In this document: positions 12,396 to 27,229 of the stretch, in pieces
How positions within the stretch are numbered: the stretch's first letter is position 1
How the letters are laid out: each line of letters begins with the position of its first letter
Assembly: GCA_965235115.1 (NCBI GenBank)
Contig: OZ249436.1
Span: 46,750,001-46,814,000 of the forward strand
DNA: 64,000 bases
Direction: 5' to 3'
Source: Laetmonice hystrix
Taxonomy: Eukaryota
Position numbers and translations under genes: made by a program
Notes under the pieces: model-generated
The model's database searches: none
Told to the model about the DNA's origin: nothing
What the model saw: only the letters and a program-made list of their open reading frames with translations

Positions 12396-13767
12396 CCCCG
12401 CCCCAACCATGGATAAGTAACCCCTCCTGGGTCCTCCAAACCCGCCCCAACCATGGATAAGTAACTACTCGAGGCAATCGTCCTCTTCCTGATCAATGTT
12501 TATATCAATACTCTGACCTCATTCATGGCTCCACTATAATGAGTACAGAAGGAGTCAGGATTCGGTTACATAAAAAATGTAGCAGTTGGATACGTGCAAC
12601 TACCTCCGTATAACAGGTCAAGGTCGTCCATGAGACGGTATGGTCGCCATTTTATTTCTGACCCGACGGCACAACAAAACTTCTCGTTAAAAAAACTATT
12701 AATAGAACCAACAACAAAGCTGCAGCCGGAGGTCGCCAGTTTGTCATTAGCAGACTGCACACTTTGAGAGCAGGTCATAGAGTGCACCTTTTTACATCAG
12801 ACTCTCAGGACCAGGAGACACAGATGTGATCTTTTGGCTCGTAACAAAAGGTTGATCCCTTAAATAGTAACAGACTGGCTCGGTATGGCTTCCTGAGCTC
12901 ACAACAGTTGTACAACGTTTCTGAACCCACCACCACGATCATTGCTGTCGTGTCCAGGCTGCGAATGCCATCAATAATGTATCAAATCAGAAACTGCCAA
13001 TCTACTACCGATCAACTCCCAGATACCTGGACATTATCACACAACATCGTTTTTTTTCTATTTTCTAAAATCTATTTTCAAGCTGTATTCTGCACTTAAC
13101 AAAAATACCATGCCGTGTACAGGTTGTGATTTCTGGGTGAGCACATTTCCGCTTGCCTCGCGCTGGTGGATGCGAGGCGAAGACATATGGTAATACAATA
13201 ACCGAGCAATGCCCATACAATTAATGTTCTATCAATGGCATCCAGCACTTTAGCCGGCCGCACACTGGACGACGGGACGCTAACAGACGGCACAAGACGG
13301 GCCTGTCTGGCAGTGTGCGTGTCCACACGACGGTCTTTTCACCCGTCTTCAGGGGTGTAGCCAGGATTTTCTGAGGCGGGGGGGGGGGGGCACCAGTGGC
13401 ACACTTTTTAAACACCTATTGGTGTTGGTGTTTGTATAACGGAAGCTCAATCTTTACTGGGGTAAGTTTCGTTGGGACCGGAAGGAGGAGCAGCCAATCA
13501 GCTTGCACCAGATAACCAGCTTGTGTTCTTCTTGTCTCCTGCACCTCCATCTTTGTTGAGTAAAACAAGCGTCTTCCTCCCGTCCTGTGTCCCTGGAATG
13601 CGAGACCTTCTGATTTCAACTTTAGATCTAACCTCGTCCTGTCTCGTCTTCCAGTGGGCGCCCGGCTTTAGGTCCACATATTACGGGAGACGCCACCTCC
13701 CAGCATGCACTGCGCAGCTGGACATGACGCATGCCACATATAACAGCCTTATTACGACACCATGGCA

Positions 13768-14212
13768 CATAAAAACTGCCTCTATCGTCTGGTCAGCTGC
13801 CTGGAGACAGTCATAAAAACTGCCTCTATTGTCTGGTCAGCTGCCTGCAAACAGTCATAAAAACTGCCTCTATTGTCTGGTCAGCTGCCTGGAAACAGTC
13901 ATAAAAACTGCCTCTATCGTCAGGTCAGCTGCCTGGAAACAGTCATAAAAACTGCCTCTATCGTCAGGTCAGCTGCCTGGAAACAGTCATAAAAACTGCC
14001 TCTATCGTCAGGTCAGCTGCCTGGAAACAGTCATAAAAACTGCCTCTATCGTCAGGTCAGCTGCCTGGAAACAGTCATAAAAACTGCCTCTATCGTCAGG
14101 TCAGCTGCCTGGAAACAGTCATAAAAACTGCCTCTATCGTCTGGTCAGCTGCCTGGAAACAGTCATAGAAACTGCCTCTATTGTCTGGACAGCTGCCTGG
14201 AAACAGTCATAA
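13768..14212. repeat. 44-bp minisatellite, ~10 copies
   Basis: Unit cataaaaactgcctctatcgtcwggtcagctgcctggaaacagt. Confidence 0.95.
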
Positions 14213-15084
14213 TAATTTTCACCAGTTGCAGCTGGTATTATTCCGTTTTAGTAGGTACTTGAATCCCTCATAAGTGAAGCTATTGGCACTACACACGACG
14301 CAGATATAAAGTCAGTCTTCCACACGTTGATTGCCATTGGTTCACATCCATACAGGTAAAACCCACAATATACGGTGAAAGGATGTCAACATATCGGTCC
14401 GCCCCGTGGTTGGATACTTACTCTCGACATGCTGATTCAGCAAAGACAACCTCAACACGCAATAAACCCTGCTGTTCAATTACCCTCGCCAACAGCCGGC
14501 GCCAAGACACATCCATTTTCAAATGTCACTGCTTCACTTCTGTGGTTTCTGGCAATTACGGCAATGGTAATAACTTTCGGCGTCAAGGCAGGACAGCTTT
14601 CAGTGGCGTACCCAGAAACTGGACCCAGGGGGTGCTGGAAATAACCAACGTCGTAGTCGTATTAATTTTTTACGGCTTTTACGAGGCAACAAGCGCACAA
14701 AAAAAATAAAAAAAAATGGGCAAGCCCCCCCCCCTCCCGGTACGCCACTGGCTTTCGTGTCGGGGAGCTGAGAAAGCCAGGGCAGCATGTCGCAGTCGAG
14801 ACAGTCTCTCAAAGAGGGTGCTCCTCAGAGTAGTACACAAAATGGCTTTTCCTCAGGTACTGAGAACTCACACGCGATTGTACAACCTGCATATATTCAT
14901 GTGGCCTGACCTTTGTATTATAAGTAGTTTATTATGCAGGCTGATAGCTTTTCTATTCATGTTTGGTTGGTATATTCATGTTTGGTTGGTATATATCGAC
15001 AGCTGTCCAGACTAAAAAGTCCTCATTCTCTGTCCACTCACTGATGTTAAACAGTATTCTCTTTGTTGTCTCCGGCTTTCCTGG

Positions 15085-15748
15085 CTTTCTCTGCTCCTGT
15101 CCCGAGCCCCAGACCTCCCCAAAATACTTGTCCATGTCCCTTTCTCTGCTCCTGTCCCGAGCCCCAGACCTCCCCAAAATACTTGTCCATGTCCCTTTCT
15201 CTGCTCCTGTCCCGAGCCCCAGACCTCCCCAAAATACTAAGTCTTGTCCATGTCCCTTTCTCTGCTCCTGTCCCGAGCCCCAGACCTCCCCAAAATACTT
15301 GTCCATGTCCCTTTCTCTGCTCCTGTCCCGAGTCCCAGACCTCCCCAAAATACTTGTTCATGTCCCTTTCTCTGCTCCTGTCCCGAGCCCCAGACCTCCC
15401 CAAAATACTTGTCCATGTCCCTTTCTCTGCTCCTGTCCCGAGCCCCAGACCTCCCCAAAATACTTGTCCATGTCCCTTTCTCTGCTCCTGTCCCGAGCCC
15501 CAGACCTCCCCAAAATACTTGTCCATGTCCCTTTCTCTGCTCCTGTCCCGAGCCCCAGACCTCCCCAAAATACTTGTCCATGTCCCTTTCTCTGCTCCTG
15601 TCCCGAGCCCCAGACCTCCTCAAAATACTTGTCCATGTCCCTTTCTCTGCTCCTGTCCCGAGCCCCAGACCTCCCCAAAATACTTGTCCATGTCCCTTTC
15701 TCTGCTCCTGTCCCGAACTCCAGACCTCCCCAAAATACGTGTCCATGC
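15085..15748. repeat. 55-bp minisatellite, ~12 copies
   Basis: Unit ctttctctgctcctgtcccgagccccagacctccccaaaatacttgtccatgtcc. Confidence 0.95.
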
Positions 15749-16796
15749 ATCATTCCCTGTTCCTGCCCTTGTTCCCACGTGACACACACGTGGCAGATAT
15801 TGAAATACGTGGATGACATCATTAGGCTCCAATACAGGCACTGACCTCCTGTAGAACGAACACTAACATCTCGAGTTGGAGGAGCTCAGGCTTATTTCCT
15901 TGCTTACTCGGAGTTCGTGCAAGGGTCTCCCATTTCTGTGCAATCAAAGCGCCAGTTCCTGCAATCATGGAACATTTCCTTTTGACTATCCACTTGAGGA
16001 GGTACAATCAGCAGATATTTGAACACCAATTATTTTCTCCAGGAGCCAGCGAGCGGGAGGCGCCGTTCTTTGAGGCCCCAAACGTGACATTCATACGATG
16101 GCCGAAAAGTACAAAACTCCTCACTGGCACATTAATCTTCTACGCTGCACACTTTCGCCAGCCAAAGTTCCTTTTTCCCGCGTCTACAGCGTGGAAAAGA
16201 AACGACAGCGCAATAAAGAAATTTGGCAAACGTAGATTTTAGAAGCATAGGAGCGAAATCCAGAAGCATACAATTTTTGTACTTTTCATCCACCATACAT
16301 TCAGAATGATACCTTTTGCCTATTTACGGGCTAATCGCCCCGCCCACACACGGCCGGGTCAGGCAGGTGGCCGAGAACAAGCCGGCGGGATCCTACAACC
16401 GAGCGCTCAGAGACAGGCTTATCGCTAATGACAACAACCTGACAGCAGGCCCGCTGAAGGACAGAGCAGGAGACAGACCTCCTGCCCTCCATGAGATACC
16501 TCCAGGTGGTGGAACATCTACAGGAGAAGTCGATGGCGCGGAATCACTCGCTGCTATAATTAGCAGCAAAGGCGGGGGCTTTTTATATCCAGCATCATTG
16601 CTTGACGTTTCCTTTTCCTGCTTAGTGAGTTACTATTATAGCTCATTACATTGGATGCGGCAAAAGTATTACCTTCCAAATTACAGCCGTAACTATAGGA
16701 CAACGAGATAAAAAAAAGCCCCCCAATTTAGTTAGTGCTGCTCGTATTAATAGTTACAATAATATCACACTAGTTCAGACACCCTAATATAACCGG

Positions 16797-17072
16797 CCTG
16801 ACGCCTAACGACTGCCGTCAAGACGGTCCTGACACCTAACGCCTGCCGCCATGGCGGTCCTGACACCTAACGCCTGCCGTCATGACGGTCCTGACACCTA
16901 ACGCCTGCCGTCATGACGGTCCTCACACCTAACGCCTCCCGTCATGACGGTCCTCACACCTAACGCCTCCCGTCATGACGGTCCTCACACCTAACGCCTG
17001 CCGTCATGACGGTCCTGACACCTAACGCCTGCCGGCATGACGGTCCTGACACCTAACGCCTACCGTCATGAC
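16797..17072. repeat. 31-bp minisatellite with internal palindrome, ~9 copies
   Basis: Unit cctgacacctaacgcctgccgtcatgacggt, containing the 12-bp palindrome ccgtcatgacgg. Confidence 0.93.
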
Positions 17073-17949
17073 TAACCACCTGAAGGTTGTCATGACACCA
17101 GAACAGTCACACTGACCGCCTGGAGTCGTGGACGCATGGAGGACACGGAATCTTACTGGAGTAACTGTTCCCATGGATACTATCTCACACTGGGTTCTGC
17201 TACGGCCGACAGGTCTACAATGTCCTGACTGATGGGAAATGTTTATTAGCCACGCTGGTGTGGAATATATTACCCTTGACTCTGGACAATCACTAACATA
17301 ATACTGGTTGACTATCTGGACATTCATTTCAAACCTAGCACCCCTTTAACATTGCATCCTGCGCAACTAATAGAAATCTGGGGAGGAAGATGAAGCTGGG
17401 ACGACAGGCACTGAGCCAACGCTGAATGACTGGTTTAAACGTGTCTCTATGGCAGGAACCTAAGTGTCATTACAACACTGGTCGTCTCACTAGTGAATCA
17501 AACACGATTTACTTCCACAATTAGACACTCTAACAAACCGTATCTTGTCGACTCCGAGCAGTGGAGCGATATGTAAGGTCATTATAATGTGAATCAAACA
17601 CGATTAAAGTTTACTTTCAAAATTAGACGCTCTAACAAAAAACTGCAGTATCTTGTCAGCTCCACACCGTCTCCGCGAAATCTCTCCCAAGCTAACTGCT
17701 ATTGCTGAGAATTACATTTAATCCTTATAAGACTGTAATTGTATCACCATGCATTATGTATGTTATTTATTATGCATTATCAGAACAGAGGCATAGTGTA
17801 CTGTGCAGGCGTCTTGCTGAACGACGCAGTGGTGGAGTAGGTTACTGTCCGTACAGGAGATAACTCGCCTCTTACACTGACAGCTTGGAAACCCTTGAGA
17901 ACTGAAGTCTCCCTCAGGGATTCTTAATGACTTCACATCCACCACAGAC

Positions 17950-19064
17950 CAGCTGCTCGTGTCTCCTTTATAAACATATGTATCTAGGCAGACAGTACGT
18001 GGAAGAGTTTTCTAGCTGCTCGTGTCTCTTGTATAAACATATGTATCTAGGCGTACGGTACGTGGAGGAGTTTTCTAGCCGCTCGTGTCTCTTGTATAAA
18101 CATATGTATCTAGGCGTACAGTACGTGGAAGAGTTTTCTAGCTGCTCGTGTCTCGCATACAAACATATGTATCTAGGCGTACAGTACGTGGAAAAGTTTT
18201 CTAGCTGCTCGTGTCTCGCATACAAACATATGTATCTAGGCGTACAGTACGTGGAAGAGTTTTCTAGCTGCTCGTGTCTCGCATACAAACATATGTATCT
18301 AGGCGTACAGTACGTGGAAGAGTTTTCTAGCTGCTCGTGTCTCGCATACAAACATATGTATCTAGGCAGACAGTACGTGGAAGAGTTTTCTAGCTGCTCG
18401 TGTCTCTTGTATAAACATATGTATCTAGGCGTACGGTATGTGGAGGAGTTTTCTAGCCGCTCGTGTCTCTTGTATAAACATATGTATCTAGGCGTACAGT
18501 ACGTGGAAGAGTTTTCTAGCTGCTCGTGTCTCGCATACAAACATATGTATCTAGGCAGACAGTACGTGGAAGAGTTTTCTAGCTGCTCGTGTCTCTTGTA
18601 TAAACATATGTATCTAGGCGTACAGTACGTGGAGGAGTTTTCTAGCCGCTCGTGTCTCTTGTATAAACATATGTATCTAGGCGTACAGTACGTGGAAGAG
18701 TTTTCTAGCTGCTCGTGTCTCTTGTATAAACATATGTATCTAGGCGTACAGTACGTGGAAGAGTTTTCTAGCTGCTCGTGTCTCGCATACAAACATATGT
18801 ATCTAGGCGTACAGTACGTGGAAGAGTTTTCTAGCTGCTCGTGTCTCGCATACAAACATATGTATCTAGGCGTACAGTACGTGGAAGAGTTTTCTAGCTG
18901 CTCGTGTCTCCCATACAAACATGTGTATCTAGGCGTACAGTACGCGGAGGAGTTTTCCAGCTGCCCGTGTCTCCCATACAAACATGTGTATCTAGGCGTA
19001 CAGTACGCCGGGGATTTTTCCAGCTGCATGTCTCGCATATAAACATATCATGTATCTAGGCGTA
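17950..19064. repeat. 63-bp minisatellite, ~17 copies
   Basis: Unit agctgctcgtgtctc(ttgtat/gcatac)aaacatatgtatctaggcgtacagtacgtggaagagttttct. Confidence 0.96.
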
Positions 19065-20439
19065 AAGGAGGATTTTTTTATGGTGAGGAGAAATTTATTT
19101 TGAATCGTTCTCATAAACACACACCTAAGCTTCTCAACATATATGACTGATATTGGATTCAACAGGACTGGAACCACCTTCTATTTATTTATTAACAGGC
19201 TACCAGGACCGTACCAGAACGAGATCTTCTTATAAAAGTCAGATTTTACTACACTGATGGGGAGGAACATAATTATTCGTTGATTAAAAAAGTACGCTAA
19301 ATGGAAAAAGTTGAAGTAAAACCAGAGTTCAATTAATATAAAGACTGAATCGGTCAAGAAATATCGAGTTTCATACTGTTACATGTGCCATGCGACCGCT
19401 ACGGAAAGGGGGAAGTGTTTATAGTATATATCGTACCATGGTGATCGACCACCAAACTGACTTAGTCATAATTATGAGCTACTCGATACTGTCATCAGAA
19501 GAACACCACACGATGAAAGCCCCATGAAAACACCGAATTACTGACAATCTAGAAACTAGTCTGCTGCACTCTCATCTTTTTTCTTATAAAAAGTGTCTGA
19601 AATAGGAGGCGTCGGGCAGTATATACGGTTCTCATGTTGTAACAAACGTTGTATGAGCCCCAAGTTAATATATTTATGTGTAGTGGTATGAGGTTCACTC
19701 GCATGGTAACGCCTGAGAAGATGTCGCAATATTTGGTCATAAACATCTCCGTATAATCTGACACTGATACAGTCAAGGTCACATTTGGCACATTATAATG
19801 ACCTTGACTCGCTCCACTGTTGGGACTGACATTGCCGCCCGCTTCCACTAGACGTTTATTAGTTCTGACAACCAGCGCTACACGTACTACAGACAGACAT
19901 GCAATCTCTCTCACCGATATTGGAATCATTTAATGACCATGTTTGTCTTCTGTAACTCTGCTATCATACCACAAAGTTTCTGGTTTCTGGAATATGCAAC
20001 AACTTCCCCTGAACACCAAGGATAATCTCCTTCACCCTCCAATACTGACGAGACGTTATATTGTAAGCTAGTTCAGACACCGACCCACAGGGGGCTCCAA
20101 GTGGTCCATAACCACCCACCTTTTTATATGCTTTCTTCTCCCCTTCTCCCCTTCTCCCTGTCTTGATTCCCGGGTCAACTCTGCTTTCCAAGGCGCGAAG
20201 CTCTGGCATGAACTCAGCGCTGATCCGTTCAGGAGTTATAAATCCCCTTTGGGTGCAGCGATTGACGCTTTACTCTGGGCAGCTGTCCTGTAACTGTATT
20301 ACCAAAGACTTTGGTGTGTCGGGCGGGGTTTGTCGGGCCGGGCACGCACCCGTTCCCTCACCACGGGCAATAAGAGCTGGCCATAGTGGCGGCTCAGAGA
20401 TAGGATTCCCTTAGGTCATTTTATCAACGCCAGTCTGAA

Positions 20440-22232
20440 ACCTCCACAACCCTGACACAGAGCGGCGTTCAACCGACCTGACTTTATACAGCCGAACACA
20501 AACCCAGACATCCACAACCCTGCCACAGAACGGCCTTCAACTTACCAAACACAAACTCAACACAGAGCGGCCTTCAACCGACCTGACTTTATACAGCCGA
20601 ACACAAACCCAGACATCCACTACCCTGACACAGAGCGGCCTTCAACCGACCTGACTTTATACAGTCAAACACAAACCCAGACCTCCGCTACCCTGACACA
20701 GAGCGGCCTTCAACCGAGCTGACTTTATACAGCCGAACACAAACCCAGACCTCCACTGCCCTGACACAGAGCGGCCTTCAACCGAGCTGACTTTATACAG
20801 CCGAACACAAACCCAGACATCCACTACCCTGCCACAGAACGGCCTTCAACTTACCAAACACAAACTCAACACAGAGCGGCCTTCATCCCACCTGACTTTA
20901 TACAGCCGAACACAAACCCAGACATCCACAACCCTGACACAGAGCGGCCTTCAACCCACCTGGCTTCATACAGCCGAACACAAACCCAGACATCCACAAC
21001 CCTGACACAGAGCGGCTTCAACCCACCTGGCTTCATACAGCCGAACACAAACCCAGACATCCACTATCCTGACACAGAGCGGCCTTCAACCGACCTAGCT
21101 TCATACAGCCGAACACAAACCCAGACATCCACTATCCTGACACAGAGCGGCCTTCAACCGACCTAGCTTCATACAGCCGAACACAAACCCAGACATCCAC
21201 TATCCTGACACAGAGCAGCCTTCAACCGACCTAGCTTCATACAGCCGAACACAAACCCAGACATCCACAACCCTGCCACAGAACGGCCTTCAACTTACCA
21301 AACACAAACTCAACACAGAGCGGCCTTCAACCGACCTGACTTTATACAGCCGAACACAAACCCAGACATCCACTACCCTGACACAGAGCGGCCTTCAACT
21401 TACCAAACACAAACTCAACACAGAGCGGCCTTCAACCGACCTGACTTTATACAGCCGAACACAAACCCAGACATCCACTACCCTGAGACAGAGCGGCCTT
21501 CAACTTACCAAACACAAACTCAACACAGAGCGGCCTTCAACCGACCTGACTTTATACAGCCGAACACAAACCCAGACATCCACTACCCTGCCACAGAACG
21601 GCCTTCAACTTACCAAACACAAGCTCAACACAGAGCGGCCTTCAACCGACCTGACTTTATACAGTCAAACACAAACCCAACCTCCACTACCCTGACACAG
21701 AGCGGCCTTCAACCGAACTGACTTTATACAGTCAAACACAAACCCAAACTCCACTACCCTGACACAGAGCGGCCTTCCACCGACCTGACTTTATACATTC
21801 AAACACAAACCCAGACCTCCACTACCCTGACACAGAGCGGCCTTCAACCCACCTAGCTGGCTTTATACAGTCAAACACAAACCCAACCTCCACTACCCTC
21901 CCTGACACAGAGCGGCCTTCAACCTAGCTGACTTTATACAGTCAAACACAAACCCAAACTCCACTACCCTCCCTGACACAGAGCGGCCTTCAACCGAACT
22001 GACTTTATACAGTCAAACACAAACCCAAACTCCACTACCCTGACACAGAGGGGCCTTCAACCGACCTGACTTTATACAGTCAAACACAAACCCAACCTCC
22101 ACTACACTGACACAGAGTGGCCTTCAACCCACCTGGCTTTATACAGTCAAACACAAACCCAACCTCCACTACCCTCCCTGACACAGAGCGGCCTTCAACC
22201 TAGCTGACTTTATACAGTCAAACACAAACCCA
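20440..22232. repeat. Compound minisatellite: ~68-bp units interspersed with ~37-bp short units
   Basis: Long unit acacagagcggccttcaaccgacctgactttatacagccgaacacaaacccagacatccactaccctg. Short unit ccacagaacggccttcaacttaccaaacacaaactca. Confidence 0.93.
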
Positions 22233-25200
22233 GGCAAGCAGTCAGTCAGTCGGTCGGGCGGCAGTTAGTCGGTCGGGCGGCCGGCGGCAGGCAGTCGGGA
22301 GGAGGGGGGGGGGGGCAGGCGGCCGTTCTATGGACGGCCATTTACCGGCTTACCGGCGCTGGCATTGTGAATCAGCCTAGAGCTGGGTGTACCGAGCCGA
22401 CTGCCAATTTCAACAGCTGGACAATGGGTGACCAGGGGACCGGGCCAAGTGCTCTCTGACCTGGTACCATGGTCATCCCGTTAACAGCGAACACGTGTCA
22501 AACGTCGGGTCGTCAACACGGCAAGGCCTCACATCCACAGACCACTGACCAGGCACTACTGTCATCACCATTTAGTTCAAAGTGGGCAATCAGACAGTAT
22601 TGAATAACTGTCTGGAACTTTCAGTGAATATAAAAAGCCACAAATCTGTGTCACTGAGAATAAGACACAGGAGACGTAGAGATGCAGATTTGTAATAAAT
22701 GTTCTTCTGTTATTGTTCTGCTGCAGACCTGTGTTTATAGTTTCCAAGTAAGACGCAATTAAAACAAAATTATCACCTGAACACCTCAGGTAGATACGCT
22801 CCATCTGGGAGGCTTTAAAACGACGGAATAGTTCAAAAGTTGTCTTCGATGTAACACTGCTATAATTAATGAGATTTGATCCCACCTGATCTCCCGCAAT
22901 TTCAAAGGGACTTCTGCAATCTGCAAATCTGTTTTTTTTAATGGCAGAATTACTAATTCCTTAACGGAACTGTGAAATCTTCCCAGAGATGGGTCTCAGG
23001 TATAAGTCACCCAAAAAGCCAAATTGGTAACGGCATATCTCTGATTGTTCTTAAATAATGTTAGCCTGCTGATTCAAGATCAAAACTCAATCTTAAAACT
23101 ATTACTATGCTGAACTATTACTATAACTGAAGGGACTCTAAATCATCCCAAATATTGAGACCGAGTACAATCTGGCGCTTTTACCAGGACAAAGACGATA
23201 GCCAATCAGAACAGCTCTTGCATATTTACATCTCAGTACTGTAACGTAACACGGTGTAAACCCGTGTTACGTTAGAAGACTGACTGAACATTCGCAACTC
23301 CCGAGTTATCTGAACCATTCAGTACAGTAGCGAGTTCTCTCACCAACAATGTCTGTTCCTCTATCGCTCCTGAATCCCCATTTCTCTACCCTACTCACGC
23401 TAAGCCTTAACTCCAACGCGCCACATGTCACAATCCTGGGTACTGCCCCCTGAAACAGGGTGTAGGGGTGAGCGATCGGAACATGATTAAGGATAGGGAT
23501 ATTGGGGGAGGTCAAAGAACCGGGGCAAGGGTTAAGTCTGGAGATAGGAACTGTCAAAGAATTGGAATTAATTTTGTTTCCAGAACAACTTTTCCACCTT
23601 TGTATGATTCGTATCTTAGACTGCGATGATTCTGAGTCCAATATCAAACATTTATCAAGTGATTTTACGCCCTCCACTCCAGCAAGCATTCCTGTTAGTG
23701 CTTAAATACGCCTGATTTACTCGCAACGTTAAGTCATCGGCTCCCATTTGTATCAAACGTATTTTGTCTTCCAATATCTGGTAGATCTTCTTACAACTCA
23801 ATTTTGCCGACGCAACAACTTTTCTCATTTCTTCAACTCGCCTACTAAGTGAATCCCTTGGGAGAATTTCGAATATTCATGGTTACGTCATAAATACGTC
23901 TCCTGTCTGTGTCATGCTTTGTAAGCAGACTGCTGGGTTGTCATTAATGACGCAACACTGCAACAATTACGTTCACTAGATAAAACACAATCCATCACAT
24001 CATTTCAAATCATTAAACTGAAATCTCTTATTCTCCCGAAACCCATTTCCTTGCCTCCCAAGAAATTCTAAATGGACCTTTTCTTTCTCACATCGTCACC
24101 GTTTATAATTCACCGCTCAAGTCAACCCTTCAAAATCCTATCACTATTTTCTAAGTTCCGTCTTTTGTCTATGAAACCCCCATTTTGTTCCCCTTAGCTA
24201 TCTTTCACTGGTGCCTTAATTAAAACCTAAAACGACACCGTTGGTTATGGAAGAAGGAATCTATTCATCCACAAGGAACCAACGACTGTGTCCAGTCTCT
24301 CTGCTGCACAAAGCCTAATGGAATAACGATGTTCTTATTTTTTTCCCTAGGATAATTTCTCTTCTCCGAGACTCAGTAAAGCTGACGGTAATGCCTAAAA
24401 TGGAAATGGAAGCCATCCTACTACTGCTGCAGTTATTTCTTCCAATTTTGTTTTTACCTCAGTGCAATCTCCCAGTTTGGCGGTAATACAACAGAGCAAC
24501 AACAAAAAAACAAGAGCAGGACCGTGACAGCGTAAACATCAGAACAGCACGCGTGGGAAAACTGAGCCATTACCAGCAATCTTCAAACCCACAGCCGTAC
24601 ACAATACCATCGGGTTAACACCGCGCCTTCTTATTGATCTTCATTATCACCAATATCCACCCTTTAATTTTAATCTCAAAAAATTAATTCTAAAAGTCTA
24701 TTTACAGTTGATTTTGTGTCCTGGAATTGGCACATCGAAGATCTGTCACAGGGATGACAAAGGGGCAATAATTAATGTTTGCTTGTTTAATGGAATTAAC
24801 GTGATGCTCTGTATAAATAACCAATTACTGTAGCTGCTGAGTGAAAATATTGATAGGGCTAACCATATATATAATTTCTGAATGTCTGCCACGGGTTGAG
24901 AACGAATAGAAGAAGATCGACCTGTAACAGGTCGTCGCGGAGTCAGACATTTAGCCCTTGTGGGCCACATTAAAGTCATTTGGTGACACTAGCCTGGGTC
25001 TGGTTTTTAAGATAAGATTTGTGCTGGCTTACTCGTAAGCCAGGCTAAGATTAAGCCCAGTCCAAGATGTTTTCTGATGTTGCGTTTTTAACACATGCAA
25101 ATGAGGCTTGTATTTGTAAGCCTAAGCCAGGCTCAGGCTCACAGGCAGTCTTACGGCAAGCCGCGTTACTAGGAAAATGGCTAAGTCGGCCTTGGCCTAC

Positions 25201-25603
25201 TAACTAATCATTGAATTGGAACCTACCAGGCCTATCTCACAAGAGACAGTTGATATCCGGCGAGGACAGCAGGCTGGTATCGGTATCGACCACTGACTTA
25301 TGGCCATGATTACCCAGAACCTCCCATCACAAAACATTTCCTCAGAGAACAATGATTGGTCGCCTCAGATCTCAACAACAGTTACAACAGAATACAAGCC
25401 GTAATCTCTGACAGGACAAGACCACCTAAAGGTGGCCAACATGTTGGTGTTGATAACCACCGCAAACCACTGTTGTCTGCAGCTCACCTCGCCTTGCTAT
25501 CCACAAATATCTCAACAGGTTTGAGGTGGAGTGGGAGGCGCTTTGCTGTGGGCAAGGCTTCCACACGATCGGTTTATTCTCAGACAGTTCATGCTTGTAT
25601 TAA

Positions 25604-25943
25604 AGGTGCTATTCGTGGAAAAAAGTTCAATTTTTTAAATTTTAATTTTGTTGACGTTTATGTGATCCCACCTATCATGGAAATAGATTCACAACAAAGG
25701 GAATCAAATTTTTTTTTATGGATAACGGCACAAATGGGGCTCTCAGAAGGCCTGTGGAGACCCTGATACGCCCCACCATAGGAAATGGCTCTATCTCGGT
25801 GCGCACCGAGATAGGTTTCAAATGCTGCACACAAACTAATAGAAGGTTTATCAGGCCAATGGTATCGGTAGGAATTTTTTCTAGTACTATGTGCACAATG
25901 TATGATAGGAGAAATGCCATTCTGATCGAGACGAATAGCACCT
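25604..25943. mobile_element. 340-bp MITE, Kolobok-like
   Basis: Perfect 13-bp TIR aggtgctattcgt / acgaatagcacct, flanked by TTAA on both sides (25600-25603, 25944-25947). A TTAA TSD with purine (AG) termini fits Kolobok better than piggyBac (CC termini). Confidence 0.8.
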
Positions 25944-27137
25944 TTAAAAGGGATCCAATTGCATCAAGTTCTCCAGACATAACCTGTCCTGTCTGCACAG
26001 AAATATATCATATTACAATGATCTACCTCATTATGTGTCGATTTACTTCTAACAATTGTGAAACTGGAGGAGCAGACATGCCATTCTTCGCTTGGACGGT
26101 GAAAAATGAGATCGGTTTTTACCCCAGCTTGTTGACATTCCTGCCCGAGAGCACCTGTCCGACTAAACACCGAAATCGACCGAAATTGACTGAAACTGAC
26201 CAAACCCGACAGAAACTGACCGACTTCATTGCCATCTGGAGGTCGGTGTTAGTATATATGCCTGGTTAGACAAGTCAAAACACTAGGGCAGTTCTCCGCT
26301 TCGCTGCTGCTTTGAGGTTTGAATAAATGTTCAAAATAATGGTAGATAATTTAATCACTAGAAACTAAGAATTCGAAACTCTACCCAAACACTTCAAAAT
26401 ATTGTAAGCCTACATGTCAGACTGATACTGAGAACTGAGGTTCAACCCTAAATGATCTAATTATTTCTCATTTGTTTTCAATGTAGGCCCTTGGATATTT
26501 ACGGTAAGGGTGGTTCCATGCACGACACCCAGGCTATCCAAGACAATCTTGGGATCTCCATTTCTGTCTGATAACTTGCCATTAAATCAAGGTAAGGGGA
26601 TCAGGTAGATCAGGTTACTGAATGTAACAGGCCACAAGATCAGACCAGTTCCTTGACTTTATTTGATGGTGACAATCGTTCTGATTCTGTAGATATTGCA
26701 CTGACCTCATTCCGATCACATTATAACGTTCAGCTGTTCGGCATTGTCCCCTACTGACGTCATTGGCAGCCCCTCGCCACCTTATGATCAATCACCTTCT
26801 GTCACATCCACCGGATTCTCCAATCTGATCCACAGCTAGCCGTACCCATGGCAACCCCACATTACCCACAACACACCACGTCCGGACCGAGCCGTTTCAG
26901 GTCTCATTTCATCCCGTACCGTCACCGCCTCCGTCACATTCAACCTACTCCGTGTCATTTACCCTCAACAGTCACTCTCTCCTAGAACGCCACACCTTTC
27001 TCAAAATTAGGTTAACTGTCCGAGTGGCATCGGATTTCTGCCACTTCGGACGTAGACACACGAGTACCACACAAACATCCGTATCAAATAAACTTTCGGA
27101 GCGCCACCACGCGGTGACAAAGGAAACTTTGACATAC

Positions 27138-27229
27138 CTTCTTTCATTGTCGTCTAGATGCGAGAAGAGCACATTTCTTGATATGGCTTTAGACAAGGCT
27201 GCCATTGTCTTGTAATCCTTCGGCACCAC
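27138..27229 (-). CDS. PRKAR1: PKA type I regulatory subunit exon (92 nt, phase 0-2)
   Basis: Acceptor ctttcag|GTG and donor AG|gtatgt. Translates [30 protein letters not shown]+AG, the start of cAMP-binding domain A. In frame with the previous exon. Confidence 0.97.

Noticed and set aside
11672..12496. 274-aa GPGIGGRDW-repeat ORF
   Set aside because: Translation of the 27-bp minisatellite; no supported splice sites linking it to the PKA-RI exons.
14953..15844. Multiple 130-290-aa ORFs in several frames
   Set aside because: 55-bp tandem repeat artefacts.
17927..19042. 371-aa and 356-aa overlapping ORFs on opposite strands
   Set aside because: Both are translations of a 63-bp (21-codon) tandem unit that happens to lack stops; intronic, with no recognisable domain.
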